Source of the DNA: Ignavibacteriota bacterium
Lineage (GTDB): Bacteria > Bacteroidota > Ignavibacteria > UBA10030 > UBA6906
Direction: 5' to 3'
Length of the DNA stretch: 64,000 nt
Assembly (NCBI GenBank): GCA_963811705.1
Contig: CAWESL010000005.1
Location: forward strand, 175,278-239,277
In this document: piece after piece, positions 49,654 through 59,029 of the stretch
How positions within the stretch are numbered: position 1 is the first letter of the stretch
Layout of the letters: every line of letters starts with the position of its first letter
Notes under the pieces: generated by a model
Database searches by the model: none
Seen by the model: only the letters and a program-made list of their open reading frames with translations
What the model was told of the DNA's origin: nothing
Program-made: the position numbers and the translations under genes

Positions 49654-52600
49654 ATGAACATCTTCCGACGCATGGCAATTGCAGCAGTGCTGACGGGCCT
49701 CGCAACCTGCGCGCTCTCACAGGAATCATCTCCGCCGCCCAAATTAAAGGACGAGTACCGCATGCCGTGGAAACGGGGAGAAGAGACGTACCTACGCCTT
49801 TGGATCGTCGCAGGAGCGTTGCGGGGGGGACTTACGACGGATTGCTTCGCAGATAGTGGAGGCGAAGCCCGGCTCCGGCCCACAGAAGGCCAGGTGCAGA
49901 AAATGCCTGACGGCTCGACCCTCCAATGGCACTCTGAGAAATCCTGGTCGGACGAAGTGGGCTTTTCCAATTTATCGGGATCGCGAGACAGTGCCGTGGC
50001 GTACGCATTCACCAGGATCCCCCGTCCGCAAGCCGGGAAAGCGCTACTCTCAGTCGGAAGTCTCAACGGGATTCGGGCGTGGGTGAACGGCACGCTCGTT
50101 CTCTCGCGGGACGGAACCCGGTCATGCACGCCGGATGAAGATCAGGTCCAGATGTCGATGAGCGCCGGAGAGAACGACCTCCTCATCAAAATCCCGGCCG
50201 ACGGGATGTTCTACGCGCGGGTTCTGGAGCAAGGGAGCGTTTTCCCGCGAAGGCAGGAAATTAGCCCTTCGATCATCCGGACTTCGCAGGACGGTTTCAC
50301 GCTTAAGACCGACATCCACGGAGAGCGGGCCGATGCGGATGCAGTAAAGGTGGAAGTGATCCGCCCCGGGGGAACGTCCGTTTACGGAACAATGTCGCTT
50401 CGAGGAGATACCGTCGATGTCGATGCCCGGGATTGGGAGGACGGGCCTTATGAAGTGCGATGCACGACTCTCACGCCGAGAGGCCTGCTCGTCGCGAGTC
50501 ATCTTCCGTGGTACAAGGGTGATTTCCTTCCCCTGGCCAGAGAGCTTGCGGCTACTGCCGCAAAGGCCGATGCTCTTCGTCCTGAGGGCGCCACCCTGAA
50601 AATGCTCGCAGACATGATCGAGGATCGGCTGGGATGCACGCTTGCCGACGTAAAAGGGAATCCGTGGCAGAAGGTTCACTCCCCGCTCATGGAATATCGG
50701 GAAATGGTGCTCGAACGGGAAGGTGCACCGGGTCGCATCAGACCGTACGGGTTCGTCCGCCTCGCATACATCGATGACGTGGACGGTTCACCACAATTCT
50801 GCCGTGCCTATCTTCCGGCCGGATATGATCCCGCAAAGAAGTGGCCCCTCGTGATTCAATTACACGGCTACAATCCCGCCAACCCGGTCTACGTCCGCTG
50901 GTGGGCCGCCGATGTGCGCCATGCGGGGAGCGACATGGAATTCCCGGGGCAGCAAGGAGTCATTTACGTTGAACCCCACGGACGTGGCAACACGCAATAC
51001 CTCGGCATGGGAGACAAGGATATCCTTCACGTCATTGCCGAAGCAAAACGGTTGTTCAATGTGGACGAAGACAGAATTTACCTGACGGGTGATTCCATGG
51101 GTGGATGGGGCACGTGGAACGTCGCGAGCAGGCATCCGGATCTCTTTGCGGCCATTGCACCAGTGTTCGGCGGGTCCGACTATCACGCCCAGATGGCGGA
51201 AGAGGAGCTTGCACATCTTACTTCCGTCGAGCGGTTTTTCAATGAGAAATCCAGCTCATGGGGCATGGCCGACGGCCTGTTGAACGTTCCAATGTTTGTT
51301 CGCCACGGCGACGCGGACCAATCGGTAAACGTCGAGTACTCCCGCTGGGGCGTACGGCTGCTGCAACGCTGGGGATATGATGTGCGGTACCAGGAATACC
51401 CCGGTCGCGGGCATGAGGCGTTGGTATACCAGAACGGCACAATGAACATCGAATGGTTTCTGCAGCATCACCGGAATTCCACTCCGGATCATGTGCGGAT
51501 TCGATCGGCGGAATTGCGCAACGCTTCGGCCTATTGGGTGCGGGTTCTGCAGGCGGCGAGTCCTCTGGCGTTCATGTCGCTTGATGCGGAGATCGTGGAG
51601 CGCAACCTCATCAGGGTGGACTCGGACAATATCCTGGACATCGAGCTCTCCCCTCCCCCGAAGCTGGTCGATCTCGAGAAGCCCGTCAACGTCGTCTGGA
51701 ACGGAGTTCCGTTCGCTGCCAGACTCCACGACGGAACATTTACGCTAACCGCAAAAGAGTATCATCCTTCGACGACGCACAAATCCGCTCAGCTGCCCGG
51801 AACCATGACGGATTTCACGACGACCCCCTTTGCTGTCGTCGTGGGGACCGTGTCGAAAGACACGGCTATGGCCGCGATGTGCAGGGCGAAGGCATCGGGA
51901 TTCATCGATCGGTGGAAGACCTGGCAAAACCAGCCGCCGCGCGTCTTCGCCGACACGTCGATCACGGAAGGGGATATGGCGAAGTACTCCCTCCTCCTGG
52001 TCGGGGGAACGGAGTCGAATCTCGTCACCGCGAAGTTTGCGTCAAGGCTCCCTCTTCAGATCTCTTCCGCGACAATCACGATTGACGGAACTGAGTTTCC
52101 TGCCGCCGATGCCGCAGTGCAAATGATCTACCCGAACCCCCTCAATCGGGATCGCTACGTTCTGGTAGCGGCAGCGACGTCCGTTGATGGGATGTACTTC
52201 AACGAGCTGAATCCCCAACGACTTTCCGGCTGGGATTACGTCATTACGGACGGTCGAGTCCCGACGTATCACCAGAAAGTGTCGCCAGGACAGATGACGC
52301 TCGCATCGGGGATGTTCGATTACAACTGGCGCTTCAAGACTTCGCTCGTGCAATCCGGCGATTCCACGGTACGCGCGAACGGGCTCGTACGACACCGGCC
52401 CGTTTCCGGTTTTGTTCCGGACTTCAAGTTGCTTGACGCGTACGTCGGTCGATACAGCATCTCCCATGGACCGGTCGTGATGATCACGAAAAATGGGAAC
52501 GATTTAATCGCGAACATCCAGGGAGCCCCCGGCGACGGCGACAAGCTGTTGCCCGAATCGAACGCCAGCTTCAGTCTGCCGAAGTATGATCTGTGGCTCA

Positions 52601-52683
52601 GCTTTGTCCGGGACAAGAGCGGGAAAGTCGTCGGCATCGTCGGCTTCCAGGAAGGTGTCTTCGAAGCGACAAAAGTCGAATAG
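49654..52683 (+). CDS. Large secreted alpha/beta-hydrolase-fold protein (prolyl-oligopeptidase/esterase-like)
   Basis: Signal peptide; nucleophile elbow GDSMGGWGT; 1009 aa. Confidence 0.65.
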   Translation: MNIFRRMAIAAVLTGLATCALSQESSPPPKLKDEYRMPWKRGEETYLRLWIVAGALRGGLTTDCFADSGGEARLRPTEGQVQKMPDGSTLQWHSEKSWSDEVGFSNLSGSRDSAVAYAFTRIPRPQAGKALLSVGSLNGIRAWVNGTLVLSRDGTRSCTPDEDQVQMSMSAGENDLLIKIPADGMFYARVLEQGSVFPRRQEISPSIIRTSQDGFTLKTDIHGERADADAVKVEVIRPGGTSVYGTMSLRGDTVDVDARDWEDGPYEVRCTTLTPRGLLVASHLPWYKGDFLPLARELAATAAKADALRPEGATLKMLADMIEDRLGCTLADVKGNPWQKVHSPLMEYREMVLEREGAPGRIRPYGFVRLAYIDDVDGSPQFCRAYLPAGYDPAKKWPLVIQLHGYNPANPVYVRWWAADVRHAGSDMEFPGQQGVIYVEPHGRGNTQYLGMGDKDILHVIAEAKRLFNVDEDRIYLTGDSMGGWGTWNVASRHPDLFAAIAPVFGGSDYHAQMAEEELAHLTSVERFFNEKSSSWGMADGLLNVPMFVRHGDADQSVNVEYSRWGVRLLQRWGYDVRYQEYPGRGHEALVYQNGTMNIEWFLQHHRNSTPDHVRIRSAELRNASAYWVRVLQAASPLAFMSLDAEIVERNLIRVDSDNILDIELSPPPKLVDLEKPVNVVWNGVPFAARLHDGTFTLTAKEYHPSTTHKSAQLPGTMTDFTTTPFAVVVGTVSKDTAMAAMCRAKASGFIDRWKTWQNQPPRVFADTSITEGDMAKYSLLLVGGTESNLVTAKFASRLPLQISSATITIDGTEFPAADAAVQMIYPNPLNRDRYVLVAAATSVDGMYFNELNPQRLSGWDYVITDGRVPTYHQKVSPGQMTLASGMFDYNWRFKTSLVQSGDSTVRANGLVRHRPVSGFVPDFKLLDAYVGRYSISHGPVVMITKNGNDLIANIQGAPGDGDKLLPESNASFSLPKYDLWLSFVRDKSGKVVGIVGFQEGVFEATKVE

Positions 52684-52762
52684 AAGCACCAGCACCCCGC
52701 GCTCATTCGCGCAGAGGAGGGGCGGCGCCCGCAACGCCGGCGGCATCAAAGGCTGCTCGGTC

Positions 52763-55700
52763 TTAGAAAGTCACTTTCACCGTTACGACGGAATGTGATC
52801 TTGTCGGCACAACGACGGTCCTCCCCTTCACCGGCACCGGCGCTCCGTCTTTTTCCAGAAAGTCTGAGCGTTCAACACTTCTGGGTGGCTTCGGCAATTG
52901 CAGTACCGCTGAGCAGTCCACTCCCGTGGCGTCATACCACTGGACTATCCACGCGTTCGAATTCTCGGCCTTTTTCAGGCTGCTGAGCACCAGGTTCGAC
53001 GGCTCCAGGGTCAGAAACGAATGGCGATCAGGCAAGGGTCCCTTGTGGGAATTTGTGACGATTGCAATCAACGGATTATTGAACTCGTAGCCGCGCTGCA
53101 CCGTCCGGGCATCACGCCAGTCCCCCGCATGAGGATAGAGGGCGTACTGAATGGAATGCTTCCCCCGGTCGGCTGTCGGGTCCGGAGACTTTGGGGAACG
53201 TAGCAAAGAAAGCCGCATCGTGTTGCCTTTGATGTCGTATCCATACTTGGCATTGTTGAGGAGGCTCACGCCATAGCCCCCGGAAGAAACATCGGCCCAC
53301 TTTTCCGCCGGCACTTCAACTTTCGCTTTCTCCCAACTTGTCCGCATTTGCGTCGATCGCTGAATCCATCCGAAGGGAATTTCATACGAAGCCACGGTGT
53401 CCGTGACAGTCAGTGGAAATGCCACCTTGAGCATCGTGTGGTCTTCCCACCAGTCGACATCGGTCGTAAAGTCGATCCGATCCAGACCGTTATAGAGAAT
53501 GATCTCTTGCGTGAAGAACGAAGATGGGAAATCCTCGGTCGGAAAATCCTTCACAGTACCGGGTTTCAAATAGTCACGGTGAAGGCGGAGGATACACCGC
53601 ACGGGTCCGGTTTCCACGATTTCCGCCCCTCTGTACTTCGAGGGAAACTCGACGCCGGTCAACCCGATATTCCAGGCGTCGTAGTGTTTTGGCAGGTCTT
53701 CGAGAAGCTGAAGCCGATTGCCGGGGCCCTCAAGGAGCTCTTTCCCGTTTCGTTTGTCCTCGATGCTCTTCACCCATCCGCTCGTGGAGTCCACCATTAC
53801 CTTGAACAGACCGTTGTCGAGAGAAATCGGTGATGTTGCCAGCGCTTCTTTGAACTCCGACGGCGTCTGCTTTCGAAGCTCGTAAACGGCATATCCCATT
53901 GACGGAACCTTCGAGGCGATAAAGAGGATCTCCCTGCGGTATTTTCCGACGTCTACGCTTTGCGAAGGAATTTCGTTCCCTCGCGCGTCAAAGATCGCGT
54001 AGTCGCTTGTGTCCCCTTCCGGAAGAGCGACGCGTGCGACGTCGGTTCTCTCCCATCCAAGAGTGTTGACGATCACCACCGGCGTCCCCTTCCGGAATGC
54101 CGACGTATTTACCTGACGGACAATCTGCTGGAGCGAGCCATCCAACTGGAACTGTCCGATATGACGGGCCTCGTTGTCCGTCGCCGTTGCGTCGATATAG
54201 ACCTCCCTGATTCCCGAACCAGGAAGAATGTCGTGGAATTGATTGAACAACACCTTCCTCCACGCAGCCTCGAGATCAGCGCCATGGTAAGGCCTTCCGA
54301 AGAGCGTCGCAAGCGTGGAGAATTCTTCTGCATCGGTAAGAAGAAATTCATTGGAGCGATTGAACTTCTTCATGTTCGCCTGGGTCGTGAACGTCCCCTG
54401 GTGATACTCCAGATAGAGCTCATCCTTCCATACAGGCACTGTCGAGAGGTCCTGTTGCTTCAACCAATCGAGATACTGGGTTGCAGTCCCGAACTCGATC
54501 GTTGGGAAAATATCCAATGTTCTCAGGTGGTCGATGCGTGCAAGCATTTCAAGGGACGGCCCCCCGCCGTGGTCGCCGACGCCGAATAAGATGAGCATCT
54601 TCCGAAACCCGGTGTTGGCCTCGAACTCGCGCAGCCAATCATTCAACTGATACGGATTATCGATCGTGTTGACATAGTCAAACGGGAAGTAACTCAGGAT
54701 TCGAGATCCGTCCGCAGATTCCCACCAGAAGACCCGATACGGGAAGACATCTGTTTCATTCCATCCGATTTTCTGCGTAATGAAGGCATCGATCCCCGCG
54801 TTGCGGTACAGCATCGGCATATTGCCATTGTACCCGAACGAGTCGGGGTTCCAGCCGATCTTCACATCCACATCGAAATTTCTCTTAAAGTATTCCTTCG
54901 CGTACAGAAGATGCCTTGCCCAGGAAACCCCGCTTGGCAGGTTGCAGTCCGGTTCGACCCACATTCCGCCCACGATTTCCCAGCGCCCGGTTTTCACCGC
55001 CTGCTGCATCTGGCGGAAGAGGTCCGGATACAGGCGCTGCATCCAGTCATAGTACGCCGCCGCGCTCTGGGTGTAGGTAAAATCCGGCCGTGCCTTCATC
55101 ATGTTCATCACGGAAGAGAACGTGTTCCGGCAGACCTGAATCGTTTCCTTCGACCGCCACAGCCACGCCGCGTCAATGTGCGCGTTCGCGTCGAAGAAGA
55201 GGGTGAACCGCCTTGCGAATTCCTTGATGGGGAGCAGGTCGGCGCGCACTGCGGCGATGGATGCCTGGAATTGTTCGAGGTCACCCTTCCGGAGCGCTTT
55301 GATGTCGACGCGTTGGGCGAGGGACTGGAGCAATTGGTTCAGCCGGAACTTCTCGCCCTTATCGATGGTGGACCTGTCGATCCCCGGGTCCACTTTCGCG
55401 TTGGCATTTGTCTGATACGTATCGAAGCTCAGAAGCTTTTGACCGATCCGCAGGCTCAGGGCGAAATCGCTCACGAGGTCTCTGATCGATTTGCTTGTTC
55501 CGGTCTCCAACTCTGCGCGGAGAAGCCGGAGCGGACCGCCGGTATTGATCGCTTTGATCGCGATCAGGAAGCGTTCTCCGGGCTTTGCGTCCTTCGTCAA
55601 TTCGAATTCGCCGTCCCACGGGAAACGTCCCTTGCTCTCGCCGTTCACCCAGAGATAGCCGTAGTCGTCGACGGAGACAAGAAACCGGACCGTGCCGCGG

Positions 55701-56053
55701 ACGGGTTGTCCGAGGATGCGGTCCGGCAGCACGATCTCCTTGCGAAGCCAGCAAGAGTCGGGATAAATGCTCTCGCCGATTCCGAGGGTTTCCCACTGCG
55801 CATCGTCGAAGGCTTTGGATGTGGGATCGCCGACGATATGGGCGGCCTTCAGATCGCGACTCACTTTCCAGTTGTCGAACGAAACGACGGTGAGGGAGTC
55901 GAGCGCTCGGCTCAAGCGATCGACATTCGATTGAGCGATGAGCCGACCCGGAACAATGAACGTAACGCCAAGAAGCAGGAGTGCGGTTTGGGCGCATCGC
56001 CCAACGGAATCGATCAACTGGTGAGATGCGGAAGTCTTTTCCACCGGGACCAT
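52763..56053 (-). CDS. Glycoside hydrolase family 38 alpha-mannosidase
   Basis: GH38 N-terminal motif NAHIDAAWLW and typical domain order; 1096 aa. Confidence 0.85.
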   Translation of the reverse strand: MVPVEKTSASHQLIDSVGRCAQTALLLLGVTFIVPGRLIAQSNVDRLSRALDSLTVVSFDNWKVSRDLKAAHIVGDPTSKAFDDAQWETLGIGESIYPDSCWLRKEIVLPDRILGQPVRGTVRFLVSVDDYGYLWVNGESKGRFPWDGEFELTKDAKPGERFLIAIKAINTGGPLRLLRAELETGTSKSIRDLVSDFALSLRIGQKLLSFDTYQTNANAKVDPGIDRSTIDKGEKFRLNQLLQSLAQRVDIKALRKGDLEQFQASIAAVRADLLPIKEFARRFTLFFDANAHIDAAWLWRSKETIQVCRNTFSSVMNMMKARPDFTYTQSAAAYYDWMQRLYPDLFRQMQQAVKTGRWEIVGGMWVEPDCNLPSGVSWARHLLYAKEYFKRNFDVDVKIGWNPDSFGYNGNMPMLYRNAGIDAFITQKIGWNETDVFPYRVFWWESADGSRILSYFPFDYVNTIDNPYQLNDWLREFEANTGFRKMLILFGVGDHGGGPSLEMLARIDHLRTLDIFPTIEFGTATQYLDWLKQQDLSTVPVWKDELYLEYHQGTFTTQANMKKFNRSNEFLLTDAEEFSTLATLFGRPYHGADLEAAWRKVLFNQFHDILPGSGIREVYIDATATDNEARHIGQFQLDGSLQQIVRQVNTSAFRKGTPVVIVNTLGWERTDVARVALPEGDTSDYAIFDARGNEIPSQSVDVGKYRREILFIASKVPSMGYAVYELRKQTPSEFKEALATSPISLDNGLFKVMVDSTSGWVKSIEDKRNGKELLEGPGNRLQLLEDLPKHYDAWNIGLTGVEFPSKYRGAEIVETGPVRCILRLHRDYLKPGTVKDFPTEDFPSSFFTQEIILYNGLDRIDFTTDVDWWEDHTMLKVAFPLTVTDTVASYEIPFGWIQRSTQMRTSWEKAKVEVPAEKWADVSSGGYGVSLLNNAKYGYDIKGNTMRLSLLRSPKSPDPTADRGKHSIQYALYPHAGDWRDARTVQRGYEFNNPLIAIVTNSHKGPLPDRHSFLTLEPSNLVLSSLKKAENSNAWIVQWYDATGVDCSAVLQLPKPPRSVERSDFLEKDGAPVPVKGRTVVVPTRSHSVVTVKVTF

Positions 56054-56233
56054 TTGCGTCTTCCTTTCGGGAAATGCAGCAAATTAGCGCAGAAAGGTGA
56101 GAAGGTCAATCGAAGAACAAGATCCAAGGCCCGGATGGGCACGGGCCTTGGATGATGAGAAGTGATTAAAGAAGAGACGACGACGGTCAATGTGCGTACC
56201 AAGCGGCCGGACGCCCCCGATACGCAGCATGAC

Positions 56234-56632
56234 CTACTTCATGAGGCCTTTCAGTAGGTCCACCCCCTGCTCCATGATGTTGCCCTGGGGAATGCTGCCG
56301 TTGGGCGTCAGCTTGTCAACAATCTGGGGAAGGAGTTGCGAGAGGTGCGATGTCATTTCTTCCGACGACACGCCGGCAGACTGCGCGAGATTCTTCAACG
56401 TGTCCGCACCGATCCCTTGCTGGATTTGCGCCGGAGTGATCGGCAGGTTTTTGCCGGTACTGACCCATGAGTTGATGATGTCACCCAACCCGGACGCTTT
56501 AAACTGGCTCACGAGCCCTCCCAATCCGCCTGATTGCTGGTTCGACAACAAACCGAGCACGGCATTCAGCACATTGTTCTGCGTTCCCCCTCCGCCGAGG
56601 AGTGAACCGGCGAGATTGTCCAGAATTCCCAT
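56234..56632 (-). CDS. YidB family protein (DUF937)
   Basis: 132 aa; Gly/Leu-rich with conserved LGDIINSWVSTGKN-type motif. Confidence 0.75.
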   Translation of the reverse strand: MGILDNLAGSLLGGGGTQNNVLNAVLGLLSNQQSGGLGGLVSQFKASGLGDIINSWVSTGKNLPITPAQIQQGIGADTLKNLAQSAGVSSEEMTSHLSQLLPQIVDKLTPNGSIPQGNIMEQGVDLLKGLMK

Positions 56633-56696
56633 AAATCCTCCGTGTATGATGGATGTGCGATGAACTCGATCCCTGTCTGCTGGTCTCCGCTATTGT

Positions 56697-57738
56697 TTAC
56701 TCCCCCTTGCTCATCTTCGGCCACGAATATCCATACATTGCGATGAGCGCAATACAAAAGAGTGGCACGAGGAAGCTGAACGACATATTGTAAAGATCCC
56801 CAAGGTATCCCATAAGCTCCGGCATGATCGCTCCGCCAATGATCGCCATGACGATGAAACCTGAAGCCCTCTTCGCCTTCACTCCAAGCCCGTGGATGTC
56901 AAGGGCAAAGATCGTCGGAAACATAATCGACATGAAGAAGAAGCTGAGAAACATCGCGCGCTGCCACTGCACCGACGAAATGCGGGTGTGACCAGATGGA
57001 ACGGCTGACGTTGGAGTCGGTTGAGTCGCTCAGGTGATACTCATCCTCTGTATTCAGGTCGGGGACCTTGGCGAAGTAGAAGACCACCGCCATTACAAGG
57101 ACGATCACTGCTACGGCAAGGTAAGGGATGTACAAATGACCCTGGGCGACTTCTGCGTCACCGGCGGAATAAAAGAAGACTCCCCCGATGATGGGACCAA
57201 AAATCCATCCGACACCGTTGAACGATTGAGCAAGATTAATGCGCGCTGCGGCAAACGACTTCGGACCAAGAACCGTTGTATAGGGATTGGCCACCGTCTC
57301 AAGAATTGTCAACCCCATGGCTATGACACACACTCCCAGCAGGAACGCCCAGAATGATGAGATGGATGTTGCAGGAACAAACCAGAATCCGCCCAGCGCG
57401 ACGATCAAGAGCCCGGATATGATGCCTCCTTTGTAACCGAGTTTGCGTGCCAGCCAGCTTGCGGGCATGGCCATCAGAAGATAGCCCAAATAGTGCGCGA
57501 ACTGCACCCAGGCCGACTGTGCCTTTGTCAAATGCAGTTGATCCTGAAAGTGCTTGTCCATCACATCGATCATCCCATTGCAGATTCCCCACAACAAGAA
57601 CAACGTGCTGACGAGTGCAAACGTGAATACGTAGCTCCTGCCATCCTCACTCTTGAACATCTTGGAGAGATCCATGACGACTTCCTTTAGCAACAGCTTG
57701 ACGAGTCGAGCAAGTGACGGCATGCTCATCATCAACAT
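56697..57738 (-). pseudogene. fucP: Degraded L-fucose:H+ symporter (FucP-family MFS transporter)
   Basis: ORF 56899..57738 matches FucP N-terminal half up to …SHPHFVGAVAA then goes out of frame; ORF 56697..56972 matches only the last two TM helices (…FIVMAIIGGAIMPELMG…); ~70 aa of mid-protein missing. Confidence 0.65.
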
Positions 57739-57869
57739 CTATGTCGACGCCCACATCGAATGACAGGGCTAAAGCATGCGTCGAAATGTATCCTTCACAA
57801 AGTTCGAATTCAAGTGAGGGGCAAGACAGATCGCGCAACCCGACTTCCGGCCTTCGAAAAAGCAGCATC

Positions 57870-58268
57870 GGCGGAGGAATTATATCGAATGGCGGGACTA
57901 ATGGACGATGGTGGGGAGTGGCCTGGTGTAAATTTGGGACGAAATGTCGGTTGTCTCACAATCTTAGAGTCCCCATTCTTCATTCCTCCGGCCTCATCTC
58001 CCCTGCGCGCGGCGGCGAAAGCGATAGAGATTTCGTGCACAAACTTGGAATTGTGCTGAAGGAACTGAATGAATCTGCAATCTGGCTGACCTTCATCCAG
58101 GAAGGGAGGTACCTGATGGACTCAGAGCTCGGAAGGATTCAGGAAGAATGCACGACGATGTGCCGAATCATCGCTGCGAGTATCAACACGGTGCGGAAAA
58201 GATGTGAGAATGAGATGGGAAGGAGATTATCGAAAATTGAGAATCGAAAATCGAGGATCGGAAACTGA
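57870..58268 (+). CDS. Four-helix-bundle protein (TIGR02436-like), probably diverged or truncated
   Basis: C-terminal half GGESDRDFVHKLGIVLKELNESAIWL resembles the conserved SxKDFIHKLSIALKEANET motif; N-terminal region of ORF 57714.. is low-complexity. Confidence 0.4.
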   Translation, partial: GGGIISNGGTNGRWWGVAWCKFGTKCRLSHNLRVPILHSSGLISPARGGESDRDFVHKLGIVLKELNESAIWLTFIQEGRYLMDSELGRIQEECTTMCRIIAASINTVRKRCENEMGRRLSKIENRKSRIGN

Positions 58269-58316
58269 TCAGCAATCCTCGATTCTCAATCATCGATCTT
58301 CGATTTTCGATTTTCG
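58229..58316. repeat. Long imperfect palindrome built from CGAAAAT/ATTTTCG heptamer units, centred on CTGATCAG
   Basis: Left arm ATTGAGAATCGAAAATCGAGGAT, right arm ATCCTCGATTCTCAAT…CGATTTTCGATTTTCG; centre 58265-58272. Confidence 0.5.
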
Positions 58317-58334
58317 TGCACCCACCAGGACTCC

Positions 58335-58383
58335 CGTCTCGCCTTCGGCGAGACGAGGCTCGTCCCGAACTTCGTTCGGGACG
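58335..58383. repeat. Two tandem GC-rich hairpins (9-10 bp perfect stems, TTC loops)
   Basis: CGTCTCGCC-ttc-GGCGAGACG (58335-58355) and CGTCCCGAAC-ttc-GTTCGGGACG (58361-58383); no U-tract on either strand. Confidence 0.5.
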
Positions 58384-58397
58384 GCGAACCTGGAAAC

Positions 58398-58445
58398 TGT
58401 GCACCCAGTAGGACTCGAACCTACAACCCACTGATTAAGAGTCCC
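58398..58445 (-). other. tRNA 3-prime fragment (T-arm plus acceptor 3-prime strand); candidate att repeat at island boundary
   Basis: Minus strand reads …GTAGG-TTCGAGT-CCTAC-TGGGTGC-A (canonical T-stem/loop, acceptor, discriminator), but no matching 5-prime acceptor strand (GCACCCA), D-arm or foldable anticodon arm upstream. Confidence 0.5.
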
Positions 58446-59029
58446 AGCTTGGTTAGAGCCGACTTGTGCGAACACCCCTTTTGACAGGATTCCTTGAAGT
58501 CTCTTCACTGGGTCTGATAGTTCCAAACCCAATTGGTCCACAGTCCTGTCTACAGCTTCCCTGCTCGCGCCGATGAAATTGTGTGGGTGATGTTCTTGAC
58601 TCTACTTCAATTTACGAAACGCCAGTTGCCATAGCAAGCCATACATTCTCGCCGTTGTCCCGCATCACATCTTCGAGCCAGTGCCCCCCCACTTTGTCTC
58701 ACAAAGATGCCCCACAACTGCCGACATCATGAACTCCTCGAGGAACAAGACGGCTTCGCAAGAATGACCGCGCATTCTTCACTGCGAGGTTGAATAGACG
58801 GCGCTTTCTTATGGAATGTCCTCATAATGTGACGAATCGAGAACTTGGTTAAACCAGTCGAATCGATATTCTCGCCCTTGGTTTCCTCGTCGCAAAGCCT
58901 ACGGCCCCCTGTCCGTGCAGCCGACAAACAATCTTCTTACTTCATTCGAGTTGCATCAAGGGAGCAATTCACTAGATCGGCTTCAACACTCGCGTATGGG
59001 ACGTTATCTTTGTATATAGCGACTCAGAG

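Noticed and set aside
58398-58475. Complete tRNA gene
   Set aside because: T-arm and acceptor 3-prime strand are canonical, but no complementary 5-prime acceptor strand. No anticodon stem-loop with U33/purine37 could be folded from the preceding 45 nt.
58398-58800. tmRNA (ssrA) gene on the minus strand ending in the tRNA-like 3-prime end
   Set aside because: No GGGG…/acceptor 5-prime strand pairing with TGGGTGC. No tag-peptide reading frame ending in (A/V)AA-stop in any frame of the upstream ~350 nt. No pseudoknot-like organisation.
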